Assembly: GCA_047605325.1 (NCBI GenBank)
Contig: JASGFX010000002.1
Span: 39,642-103,641, forward strand
Length of the DNA: 64,000 nucleotides
Direction: 5' to 3'
From: Solirubrobacterales bacterium
GTDB taxonomy: Bacteria > Actinomycetota > Thermoleophilia > Solirubrobacterales > JACPNS01
The notes under the pieces were generated by a model. It searched no databases, was not told the origin of the DNA, and saw only the letters and a list, made by a program, of their open reading frames with translations. Of this stretch, positions 43,683 to 51,978 are shown piece after piece (positions within the stretch are counted from its first letter, which is position 1; the number at the start of each line of letters is the position of its first letter). Both the position numbers and the translations under genes were made by a program.

Positions 43683-45062
43683 ATGACACGCAACAAACCA
43701 AACATTGTCTACCTGAACTCGCACGACACCGGTCGTTACGTGCAGCCCTACGGCTACCCGGTGCCGACACCGAACATCCAACATCTCGCGGATCAGGGCG
43801 CGCTCTTCCGCAACGCATTCTGTGCGGCGCCCGTCTGCTCGGGCTCACGCGCCGCGCTGCTCACGGGCCAATCGGCCCATGGATCGGGCATGCTCGGCCT
43901 CGCCCATCGCGGGTACAGGCTGTCCGCGCCCGAACGCCATATCGTCCACGTTCTGCGTGACGCCGGGTACTGGTCGGGTCTGATCGGCGAGCAGCACGTC
44001 TCCGCGTCGCCGCACGAAGTCGGATATGACCACGTGGTCGAACTCGACTCGACCAAGGTGCGCGACGTGGCGCCAGCCGCTACCGAGATGATCGCTTCAC
44101 GCGCCGCCGAAGACAAGCCATTCTTTCTCTCTGTCGGCTTCTTCGAGACACACCGCGAATACTTCGAGCCGTCGTCGGTGCGCGACGCGCTGTACTCGCG
44201 TCCGCCGGAGAACATCATCGACGCCCCCGAGACCCGCCGCGACATGGCCTCGTTCAAGGCCAGCGCCCGCTCACTCGACCACGGCGTCGGGGCCGTGCTC
44301 AACGCGATCGACGAGCACGGACTGAACGACGACACGCTCGTGATCCTCACGACCGACCACGGTCTTCCCTTCCCGGGCGCCAAATGCACGATGTTCGACC
44401 GTGGGCTCGGTGTGATGTTGATGCTGCGCGGACCGGGCGGGTTCCAAGGCGGGCGCGTGTTCGACCAGATGGTCTCACATCTCGATCTCTACCCGACGAT
44501 CTGCGATCTTGCCGGGATCGACGCCCCGGCCTGGCTCGAAGGCGCCTCACTGCTCCCGCTGGCCGGCGGAGCCGAAGGCGAGCTGCACGACGCGCTCTTC
44601 GCCGAGGTCACTTTCCATGCTGCGTACGAGCCTCAGCGCGCCGTACGCACGCCACGCTACAAGTACGCCCGCCGTTTCGACAAAACGCATCTCGGACGCG
44701 TACTCCCCAACATCGACGACAGTCCGACCAAGCGGCTTTTGCTGGAACTCGGCTGGGGCGAGTCGATCCCGCCCCGCGAAGCGCTCTACGACCTTGCGCT
44801 CGACCCTGCCGAGGGCGTCAATCTGATTGACGATCCGACCCTCGCCGAGGTGGCTTCAGATCTGCGCGCTCGGCTTGCGGACTGGATGGAGCGCACCGAC
44901 GATCCGCTTCGCCACGGTCCGGTGGCGCCGGCGCCCGGCACGATCTACAACACGGTCGACCAGACCTCGGCCGACGAGCCGACTCAACCACCGACCTCGC
45001 ACAGCACAACGCACAGCCGTCGCGAGCGAGCCGGCTCTCCGCGCTTCGACGATCCGTACTAG
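43683..45062 (+). CDS. Cys-type sulfatase (AtsG/sulfamidase-like)
   Basis: HDTGRY, APVCSGSRAALLTG, GLAHRG, GEQH, TTDHG and LYDLALDPAE. Confidence 0.9.
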   Translation: MTRNKPNIVYLNSHDTGRYVQPYGYPVPTPNIQHLADQGALFRNAFCAAPVCSGSRAALLTGQSAHGSGMLGLAHRGYRLSAPERHIVHVLRDAGYWSGLIGEQHVSASPHEVGYDHVVELDSTKVRDVAPAATEMIASRAAEDKPFFLSVGFFETHREYFEPSSVRDALYSRPPENIIDAPETRRDMASFKASARSLDHGVGAVLNAIDEHGLNDDTLVILTTDHGLPFPGAKCTMFDRGLGVMLMLRGPGGFQGGRVFDQMVSHLDLYPTICDLAGIDAPAWLEGASLLPLAGGAEGELHDALFAEVTFHAAYEPQRAVRTPRYKYARRFDKTHLGRVLPNIDDSPTKRLLLELGWGESIPPREALYDLALDPAEGVNLIDDPTLAEVASDLRARLADWMERTDDPLRHGPVAPAPGTIYNTVDQTSADEPTQPPTSHSTTHSRRERAGSPRFDDPY

Positions 45063-45715
45063 AAAAGGCTCTCGAGGCCGACGGTCACCGGTTCGGTCAG
45101 CTCGCCCACCCTGCGCACCGCGAGCAGCACGCCAGGCATGAACGACTCGCGCGAGTAGGTCTCATGGCGGATGCTCAGCGTCTGACCGGTCTCTCCGAAC
45201 GTCACCTCTTGGGAGGCGATCACGCCTGGGAGGCGAATCGAGTGGATCGGTTCGTGGACGTTGCCTCCGGCCTCCTCGATCAACTGCTTGGTACGAATTG
45301 CCGTGCCGCTCGGAGCATCAAGCTTGGCCGGATGGTGCAGCTCGATGATCTCGCACTCCGGCATGAACTTCGCGGCAGACTTCGAGAGTTCCATCAGCAT
45401 CACCGCGCCGATCGCGAAGTTCGGAGCGAAGAACAGCTTGCCCTCTCCAGCGCCGGCGAGCTGGCTGAAATCGACGCCCGTCGTGCCGATCACGCAGTGC
45501 GTGCCCGATTCAATGATCTTGCGAGCGTTCTCGAGCGCCGTGTCGGGCCGTGTGAAGTCGACTACGACATCCGCGTCGCCCAGCACATCCTCGAGCGAAG
45601 TGCCGAGCGCCGGATCGGCTTGGCCGGTCAACTCCATGTCGTCGGCGCCATTGACGGCGGCGACCACTGCCTGACCCATCTTTCCGGCCGCGCCGGAGAC
45701 AGCGACGCGGATCAT
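45059..45715 (-). CDS. dapB: 4-hydroxy-tetrahydrodipicolinate reductase
   Basis: GAAGKMG, VDFT, IGTTG, APNFAIG and ELHHPAKLDAPSGTA. Confidence 0.96.
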   Translation of the reverse strand: MIRVAVSGAAGKMGQAVVAAVNGADDMELTGQADPALGTSLEDVLGDADVVVDFTRPDTALENARKIIESGTHCVIGTTGVDFSQLAGAGEGKLFFAPNFAIGAVMLMELSKSAAKFMPECEIIELHHPAKLDAPSGTAIRTKQLIEEAGGNVHEPIHSIRLPGVIASQEVTFGETGQTLSIRHETYSRESFMPGVLLAVRRVGELTEPVTVGLESLF

Positions 45716-47016
45716 GCGGCCAGCGGAGCGGCGGCAAGCTCCGGGTTGAGAACCTCGAGTGCCTTGCGAATCTGCGATTCGTCGGTCCCGACGGCGGCGA
45801 CATTGAAACGAGTCGGCGCATAGAACTGAGTGGCAATCTGGTGCAGGTCGTCGAGCGTCACAGCCTCGATGCGCTCCTCGATCTCGTCGAGCGAGAGGAT
45901 CGGCACATCGAACAAGACCGATCCGCCGAGCTGCATCATGCGGCCCATCGGCGACTCCATCGAGAGCGCAGTGCGGCCCTTGAGGTTCTCCTTGGCGCGC
46001 TTGAATTCGTCGGGCGTCGCCGGCTCTTCGCCGAGATGCGCGAGTTCACGCGCAAAGATCTCGATCGACTCGGCAATGCGGTCAGGGCGCGTGCCGACAT
46101 AGAGGCCGATCTCCCCGGTATCACGGTAGAGCTGGTTGTAGCTGTAGACGGAATATGCCAGACCACGCTTTTCGCGCACCTCCTGGAAGAGTCGCGAAGT
46201 GGTGCTGCTGCCGAAGATCGTGTTCAGCACCATGAAGGCGAAGCGGCGGTCGTCGCCACGCGGGATACTCGGGGCGCCGAGCGCGACGTTGACCTGCTCG
46301 GTCTCCTTCTGGAAGAAACCGAGCGTCGGGGCGCCGGGCGGTGTCGCTGCCTCATATCCGGGCGCGCTGCCCGGTCGATCAAAACCAAACGCACGCGCCA
46401 GCTCGACGATCTGGTCGTGGTCGACGGCGCCGGCCGCGGCGATCACGAGGTTGCCGGGCACGTACTGGCTGTCGCGGTATGCGGCGATGCGCTCGACCGA
46501 GACTCCGCCGACGACTTCTTCGGTGCCGATGATCCGGCGGCCGAGCGGCGTGTCGCCGAAGACGCGGCGACCGAGCAGGTCGAAGACGATGTCAGAAGGC
46601 TCATCCTCGTACATCGCGATCTCTTCGATCACGACCTGACGTTCGGCGTCGACGTCCTGGAAAGTCGATTTGGCGACCATCTCAGCGATGTGGTCGAACG
46701 CGTCGGGCAGGTGGCGGTCCAGGAACCGTGCGTAGACAGTCGTGACTTCCTTGTTGGTCGAGGCGTTGACCTCGGCCCCGATGCCGTCGAAGAACTCGTC
46801 GATGTCGCTCGAGGAGTACTTGTCAGTGCCCTTGAAAAGCAGGTGCTCGAGGAAGTGCGAAAGCCCCGCCTGATCGAGCTGCTCGTTGCGCGAGCCGACT
46901 CCGATCATGATCGAGAGGGCGATTGAACGGACGTTGTCGAAGCGCTCGGTGACGATGCGGAGGCCGTTGTCGAGCGTCGTGATCTTGTGTGTTGAGTCAG
47001 CCAAAGTGGGCAGCAT
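45712..47016 (-). CDS. M16 family zinc peptidase
   Basis: Inverted zincin HFLEHLLFKGT; SRLFQEVREKRGLAY; conserved position downstream of pnp. Confidence 0.95.
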   Translation of the reverse strand: MLPTLADSTHKITTLDNGLRIVTERFDNVRSIALSIMIGVGSRNEQLDQAGLSHFLEHLLFKGTDKYSSSDIDEFFDGIGAEVNASTNKEVTTVYARFLDRHLPDAFDHIAEMVAKSTFQDVDAERQVVIEEIAMYEDEPSDIVFDLLGRRVFGDTPLGRRIIGTEEVVGGVSVERIAAYRDSQYVPGNLVIAAAGAVDHDQIVELARAFGFDRPGSAPGYEAATPPGAPTLGFFQKETEQVNVALGAPSIPRGDDRRFAFMVLNTIFGSSTTSRLFQEVREKRGLAYSVYSYNQLYRDTGEIGLYVGTRPDRIAESIEIFARELAHLGEEPATPDEFKRAKENLKGRTALSMESPMGRMMQLGGSVLFDVPILSLDEIEERIEAVTLDDLHQIATQFYAPTRFNVAAVGTDESQIRKALEVLNPELAAAPLAA

Positions 47017-47017
47017 C

Positions 47018-47503
47018 CTACGCGAGGTCGGAGACGAGCAGATCCATCAGCAGCCCGTCGCTCCACTCGCCCGGCCTGAGCTGCTCGTAGCGTCGCGCGA
47101 CACCGATCCGTCTGAAACCGGTCTTTTCGTATGCGCGGATCGCCCGCGCATTGTCGACACTGGGATCGATCGTGAAGCGGTGGTGTCCACGCGATGCGAA
47201 ATGTTCGATCACGCAGCGCAGCGCCTCGGGGCCGTAGCCGTTGCCATGGAAGTCGGGGTCGATCATGATGTCGAGCGCGACGAACGGATACTTCTTGGCC
47301 GTCTCCTCGTGCGCGCCGATCCAGCCGATGATCGTCTCGCCCATCCGGATCGTCCAGCCCTCGAGCAATTCGTCGTCATCCTCACTGCCCTCGAAGACGC
47401 CCCACCACTCCGCGGTGCCCGGCTTCTGGATGATTTCGCGCAGGCTCGGGAGATCCTTGACCTTCGTTTCGTGCAGTTTGAGTCGTTCGCTCAGCAGATC
47501 CAT
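47018..47503 (-). CDS. GNAT N-acetyltransferase (aminoglycoside 6'-acetyltransferase-like)
   Basis: HGNGYG motif A; HHRFTIDP...NARAIRAYEKTGFR; start at ATG 47503 or 47512. Confidence 0.85.
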   Translation of the reverse strand: MDLLSERLKLHETKVKDLPSLREIIQKPGTAEWWGVFEGSEDDDELLEGWTIRMGETIIGWIGAHEETAKKYPFVALDIMIDPDFHGNGYGPEALRCVIEHFASRGHHRFTIDPSVDNARAIRAYEKTGFRRIGVARRYEQLRPGEWSDGLLMDLLVSDLA

Positions 47504-47518
47504 GGCCTGCATTAAACG

Positions 47519-47551
47519 CGAACGGGCCGCGGAAGAACCACGGCCCGTTCG
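47519..47551 (-). terminator. Hairpin downstream of pnp
   Basis: CGAACGGGCCG(C)GG-AAGAA-CC(A)CGGCCCGTTCG inverted repeat. Confidence 0.6.
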
Positions 47552-47575
47552 AGAATTGCTTGGTTTGGCGGGGCG

Positions 47576-49876
47576 CTAGTCGCGGTTGCGTTCGCGCGGG
47601 CGACGCTCACCCCCGCGTCCACCACGGTCTCCGCCGCGACCTCCGCGGTCGCCACCTCGGCCACCACGGTCTCCGCCACGGCTGCCGCGGTCTCCACCGC
47701 CACCGCCATTGCCACCGGCGCCGATCTCGGCGAGCTCAGAAGCGCTCTTGCCCTGGATCGCCGGGTCGTCGGCGAGGCGCAGGCCGATGCGGCCGCGGTC
47801 GGCGTCGACTTCGACGACACGGACCTCCAGCTGCTGGCCGCGCTCGAGGACGTCCTCGACGGTCTCGACGCGCTCGCCGGGCTTGACGTTGCTGATGTGC
47901 AGCAGGCCGTCGGTGCCCTTGGTCAGCTCGACGAATGCGCCGAACGTGGTGGTCTTGACGACCGTGCCGGTGAACGAATCACCGAGCTCGACGTCCTTGG
48001 TCATCGAGCGGATGCGGTCGATCAGGCGCTCGCCCTGAGCACCGGAGACGCTGTAGACCTGGATTGTGCCGTCGTCCTCGACGTTGATCTCAGACTCGAA
48101 CTCCTCGCACAGCGCGCGGATCGTCTCGCCGCCCTTGCCGATGACGACGCCGATCTTGTCCTGGTCGATCTTGATCGAGCTGATGCGCGGGGCGTACTCG
48201 GACATCTCCTCGCGCGGACGGTCGATCGCCTCGAACATCTTGCTGAGGATGAAGGCGCGTCCCTCGTTGGCCTGGGCCAGGGCGTCCTTCAGGATCTCGA
48301 TCGTCACGCCGGTGATCTTGATGTCCATTTGCAGCGCGGTGATGCCGTCGGGAGTACCCGCGACCTTGAAGTCCATGTCGCCGAGGTGGTCCTCGACGCC
48401 GGCGATGTCGGAGAGCACGATGTAGTCATCGCCTTCCTTGATCAGACCCATCGCGATTCCGGAGACCGGCTTCTTGATCGGCACGCCGGCGTCCATCAGG
48501 CTCATCGTCGAGCCACAGACGCTGCCCATCGAGGACGAACCGTTCGACTCGAGCGTCTCGGAGACGACGCGGATCGTGTACGGGAACTCCTCTGTGCTCG
48601 GGATCACCGGCACGAGCGCGCGCTCGGCGAGCGCACCGTGACCGATGTCGCGGCGCTTCGGGCCGCGCATGAAGCCGGCCTCGCCAACCGAGAACGGCGG
48701 GAAGTTGTAGTGGTGGAAGTAGCGCTTGCTGGTCTCGAGGCCCAGAGTGTCCAGGCGCATCTCCTCGCGCGTGGTGCCGAGCGAGGCGAGCGAGAGGATC
48801 TGGGTCTCACCGCGGGTGAAGAGGCCCGAGCCGTGCGTGCGCGGGATGATCCCGGCCTCGGTCTCGATCGGGCGCACCTCGGTGGAGGCGCGGCCGTCCG
48901 GGCGCTTCTTGTCGACCGCGATCAGCTTGCGGGTGATGTTCTTCTCGAGGTCTTTGGCGGCGGCGGCGACGTCGGAGCTGTACTTGGCAGCGGCGTCCTC
49001 GTCGAGCTCTGAAGCCGGCTGGAACTGCTCCTTGATCTCGGCCTTGATCTCGTCGATCTTGGCGTAGCGCTCGAGCTTCTCGGGGACCGTGACCGCGGCG
49101 GTCATCTTCTCGGTGAAGGCGCTCTCGACCGCGGCGTAGACGGCCGGGTCGGCCGGCGCCGGCGCGAAGCCCTCGATCTTGTCTTTGCCCTTCTGCGCGC
49201 GCAGGTCGTGCTGGGCGGCGCAAATCTTCTTGATCTCCTCGTGGGCGATCGCGAGTGCGTCGAGCACCTGCTGCTCGGAGACCTCATCGGCGCCGGCCTC
49301 GACCATCAGGATGGCCTCTTCGGATCCGGCGACCACGAGGTCGAGCTTGCTCTCACCCTCGAGGAGGAGGGAGTCTTCGTCGGGGTTGACGACGAAGTTG
49401 CCCTCGACCAGGCCGATGCGGACTGCGCCGATCGGGGTCGTGAACGGGATGTCGCTGATCATCAGCGCCGCGGAAGCGCCGTTCATCGCGAGGATGTCGT
49501 ACGGGTTGATCTCGTCGACCGAAAGCGGCATCGCGACGACCTGGGTGTCACGGGTCCAGCCGTCGGGGAACAGCGGGCGCAGCGGGCGATCGATCATGCG
49601 GGCGACCAGAGTGGCCTTCTCGCCCGAACGGCCCTCGCGCTTGAAGAAAGAGCCAGGGATCTTGCCCTTGGCGTACATGCGCTCCTCGACATCGACGGTC
49701 AGAGGAAGGAAGTCCATACCGCGGTCTCCGCCGGCGGTCGCGGTCACGAGGACCACGGTGTCACCGGTCTGGACGACGACGGAGCCGCCGGCCTGCTTGG
49801 CCAGCTTTCCGGTGGTGAACGAAATCTCGTTGTCACCGACCTGCACCGCGACGCGGCGCTCATCAAAACGGCTCAT
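47576..49876 (-). CDS. pnp: Polyribonucleotide nucleotidyltransferase
   Basis: GKIPGSFFKREGR, RMIDRPLRPLF, FTRGETQ, ESNGSSSM, GDMDFKVAG, plus KH and S1 domains. Confidence 0.99.
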   Translation of the reverse strand: MSRFDERRVAVQVGDNEISFTTGKLAKQAGGSVVVQTGDTVVLVTATAGGDRGMDFLPLTVDVEERMYAKGKIPGSFFKREGRSGEKATLVARMIDRPLRPLFPDGWTRDTQVVAMPLSVDEINPYDILAMNGASAALMISDIPFTTPIGAVRIGLVEGNFVVNPDEDSLLLEGESKLDLVVAGSEEAILMVEAGADEVSEQQVLDALAIAHEEIKKICAAQHDLRAQKGKDKIEGFAPAPADPAVYAAVESAFTEKMTAAVTVPEKLERYAKIDEIKAEIKEQFQPASELDEDAAAKYSSDVAAAAKDLEKNITRKLIAVDKKRPDGRASTEVRPIETEAGIIPRTHGSGLFTRGETQILSLASLGTTREEMRLDTLGLETSKRYFHHYNFPPFSVGEAGFMRGPKRRDIGHGALAERALVPVIPSTEEFPYTIRVVSETLESNGSSSMGSVCGSTMSLMDAGVPIKKPVSGIAMGLIKEGDDYIVLSDIAGVEDHLGDMDFKVAGTPDGITALQMDIKITGVTIEILKDALAQANEGRAFILSKMFEAIDRPREEMSEYAPRISSIKIDQDKIGVVIGKGGETIRALCEEFESEINVEDDGTIQVYSVSGAQGERLIDRIRSMTKDVELGDSFTGTVVKTTTFGAFVELTKGTDGLLHISNVKPGERVETVEDVLERGQQLEVRVVEVDADRGRIGLRLADDPAIQGKSASELAEIGAGGNGGGGGDRGSRGGDRGGRGGDRGGRGGDRGGRGGERRPRERNRD

Positions 49877-49967
49877 GAAGTTTTTTGTCCTTTCGCCCCC
49901 GGTTGGGGCGTGTGTTTACGTCTATCTGGCGATAGCTACTGAGAGAAAACCTACCAGCAGGAGCTGG

Positions 49968-50420
49968 TCAGGCGTCGAGACCCGCAAGGACGGTTTCCGT
50001 GTCCGGAAACTCACCTGGGGTGTCCATCTTGATCGCCCAGCCGATCGTGCCATCAGGCTTGATCTCGTAGACGGAACGATCGGAAAAGCCCTGCTCACGA
50101 TAGGTATCGAAAGCCTGGGCGACTGCGCCCTTGGGCTCGAAGTCGGCTGCGAACGTGATGTCCGTGACTCCGAGCTTGTTCTTGAATTCGTTCTGGGCGA
50201 AGGTTGAATCGACGGAGACGGCGTAGATGTCGACGCCGCGCTCCTTGAACTTGTCGATGTCGGCCTGGTAGACGCCGAACTGCTCCGTGCAGACGCCCGA
50301 GAAGGCGAACGGGTAGAAGCAGATGATCGAGCGCTTGCCGGCGAGCGACTCAGGGGTGATCTCGTCACCCTCGAAGGTGCTCAGCTTGAAGTCCGGGACT
50401 TTGTCGCCGGTCGCGGCCAC
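49968..50420 (-). CDS. Peroxiredoxin (AhpE-like redoxin)
   Basis: FYPFAFSGVCTEQ peroxidatic motif, VSVDS and ADFEPKG.VA..F. Confidence 0.85.
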   Translation of the reverse strand: MAATGDKVPDFKLSTFEGDEITPESLAGKRSIICFYPFAFSGVCTEQFGVYQADIDKFKERGVDIYAVSVDSTFAQNEFKNKLGVTDITFAADFEPKGAVAQAFDTYREQGFSDRSVYEIKPDGTIGWAIKMDTPGEFPDTETVLAGLDA

Positions 50421-50689
50421 TATCGACGGAGGCCGAGTTCGGCGATCAGCTTGCGGTAGCCGTCGAGGTCGCGCGACTTGTGGTAGTCGAGCAGACGACG
50501 GCGCTTGCCGACGAGCTTGAGCAGACCGCGACGCGAGTGGTGGTCCTTCTTGTGCTCGCGGAGGTGCTCGGTGAGGTGATTGATGCGGTCGGTCAGGAGT
50601 GCGACCTGGACTTCGGTGGAACCGGTGTCCGCGGCACTCTTGCCGAACTTGCTGACGATTTCAGCGGTGTTTCCTTTTGGTTCTGACAT
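50420..50689 (-). CDS. rpsO: 30S ribosomal protein S15
   Basis: [43 protein letters not shown]. Confidence 0.99.
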   Translation of the reverse strand: MSEPKGNTAEIVSKFGKSAADTGSTEVQVALLTDRINHLTEHLREHKKDHHSRRGLLKLVGKRRRLLDYHKSRDLDGYRKLIAELGLRR

Positions 50690-50769
50690 GCGGTGGGTGA
50701 TGGTAGCGGGTCGCATCGGTCTGTTGCGTGGCGCAATTTCGCTTGTCGGACTAGGCTCAGCCGAGATTC

Positions 50770-51894
50770 ATGGGGACGCGCGAGGCGGAGACGATTGGGC
50801 TGATTGCCGGGCGAATTCCCGGCGTGATCGAGCGCGCCGCCGCTCGCGCGATCGACGAAGTCCCCGGGTACGCGGACATGCCGGCGACCGACGTCTCCGA
50901 CGGAATCGCCCGCGATCTGGCCCTGGCTGTGGGCGCGCTGACCGAGGGTCGCGACCTCAGCGAGTCCGATCGCGAGTCGATGGGGATCATCGGGCACACA
51001 CGCGCCCAGCAGGGCCTGCCGCTGGAGGCGATGCTCCAGGTCTATTGGATCACCGTCGACGAGGTCTTCAGCGAGCTCTGGTCGACGCTTGAACAGGGCG
51101 ATCTCACGGCCGAGCAGGTGTTTGAGGTGGCGCGCTCGGCGTGGAGACTGGTCGGACCGATGATCGAGGTGGCGGTTCGCGCGTACTACAGCGAGCAACT
51201 TGAACTTGCCGTGGCCGACAGCCAGCGGCTTTCCGCGCTCGTCCATACGCTGCTGCACACACCGACCGACGGTGAGAGCAGCGACGTCGCCGGCCTCGGG
51301 CTCGACCCACGCGGCGAGTACATGGCCTTTCGCGCTCAGCGCATCGACGGCGACACGCGACGCCTGCTGCTCGATCTCAAGCTCCCGGATGCACTGGACA
51401 ACGGTCTGGTTGCGCCCCACGAGGGCGATGTGATCGGGTTTTCGGCCTCCACCCCCCGGCTCTCGGAGTCCGCAGACGTGATCCTCGCGGTCGGTCCCTC
51501 CGGTCGTCTGCACGAGCTGCCGCGGTCGTTCACCGTCGCGTCGCGAATACTCGACACGGCACGCGCTTACGACCGCACCGGGGTGTTCGGTGTCGAGGAT
51601 CTCGCGCTCGAATCGCTTGCCCGGTCGGACAGCGCACTCGGAGACGCGCTCGTCGACCGCTACGTCCGCCCGCTCGAGCCTGGCACCGTGTCGGGGCGCG
51701 AGTGCCTGCTGACCGTGCAGGCGCTGATCGAGCACGACCTCAGCGCCGAGCGCGCCGCGACCGCGCTTTTCGTGCACCCGAACACCGTGCGCAACCGCCA
51801 GCGTCGCTTCGAGCAGGCAACCGGTACATCGCTGCGCTCGGTCACCACCTGCGCGGAAGTGCACCTCGCGCTGCTGCGCGCGCAGGTCGACTGA
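50770..51894 (+). CDS. PucR/CdaR family transcriptional regulator
   Basis: N-terminal RsbRD-like segment (RAQQGLPLEAML) and C-terminal HTH AATALFVHPNTVRNR. Confidence 0.9.
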   Translation: MGTREAETIGLIAGRIPGVIERAAARAIDEVPGYADMPATDVSDGIARDLALAVGALTEGRDLSESDRESMGIIGHTRAQQGLPLEAMLQVYWITVDEVFSELWSTLEQGDLTAEQVFEVARSAWRLVGPMIEVAVRAYYSEQLELAVADSQRLSALVHTLLHTPTDGESSDVAGLGLDPRGEYMAFRAQRIDGDTRRLLLDLKLPDALDNGLVAPHEGDVIGFSASTPRLSESADVILAVGPSGRLHELPRSFTVASRILDTARAYDRTGVFGVEDLALESLARSDSALGDALVDRYVRPLEPGTVSGRECLLTVQALIEHDLSAERAATALFVHPNTVRNRQRRFEQATGTSLRSVTTCAEVHLALLRAQVD

Positions 51895-51906
51895 ACCACA
51901 GCCGCA

Positions 51907-51972
51907 TTGTGGGACTCCACAACCATTCCTCATTTTGTGTGTCTGGCATCACACAAAACTCACGCCTAGGCT
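51907..51972 (+). promoter_or_regulatory. Two TTGTG..CACAA inverted repeats plus a -10 box upstream of the peptidase gene (putative PucR-type operator)
   Basis: TTGTGG-GACT-CCACAA (51907-51922), TTTTGTGTG-N8-CACACAAAA (51933-51958), and TAGGCT (51967-51972) 6 nt before the ATG. Confidence 0.6.
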
Positions 51973-51978
51973 CGCGGC

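Noticed and set aside
47018-47503. Acquired aminoglycoside-resistance cassette
   Set aside because: There is no attC site, integrase or IS nearby; the gene sits in the housekeeping backbone; substrate cannot be inferred from GNAT motifs.
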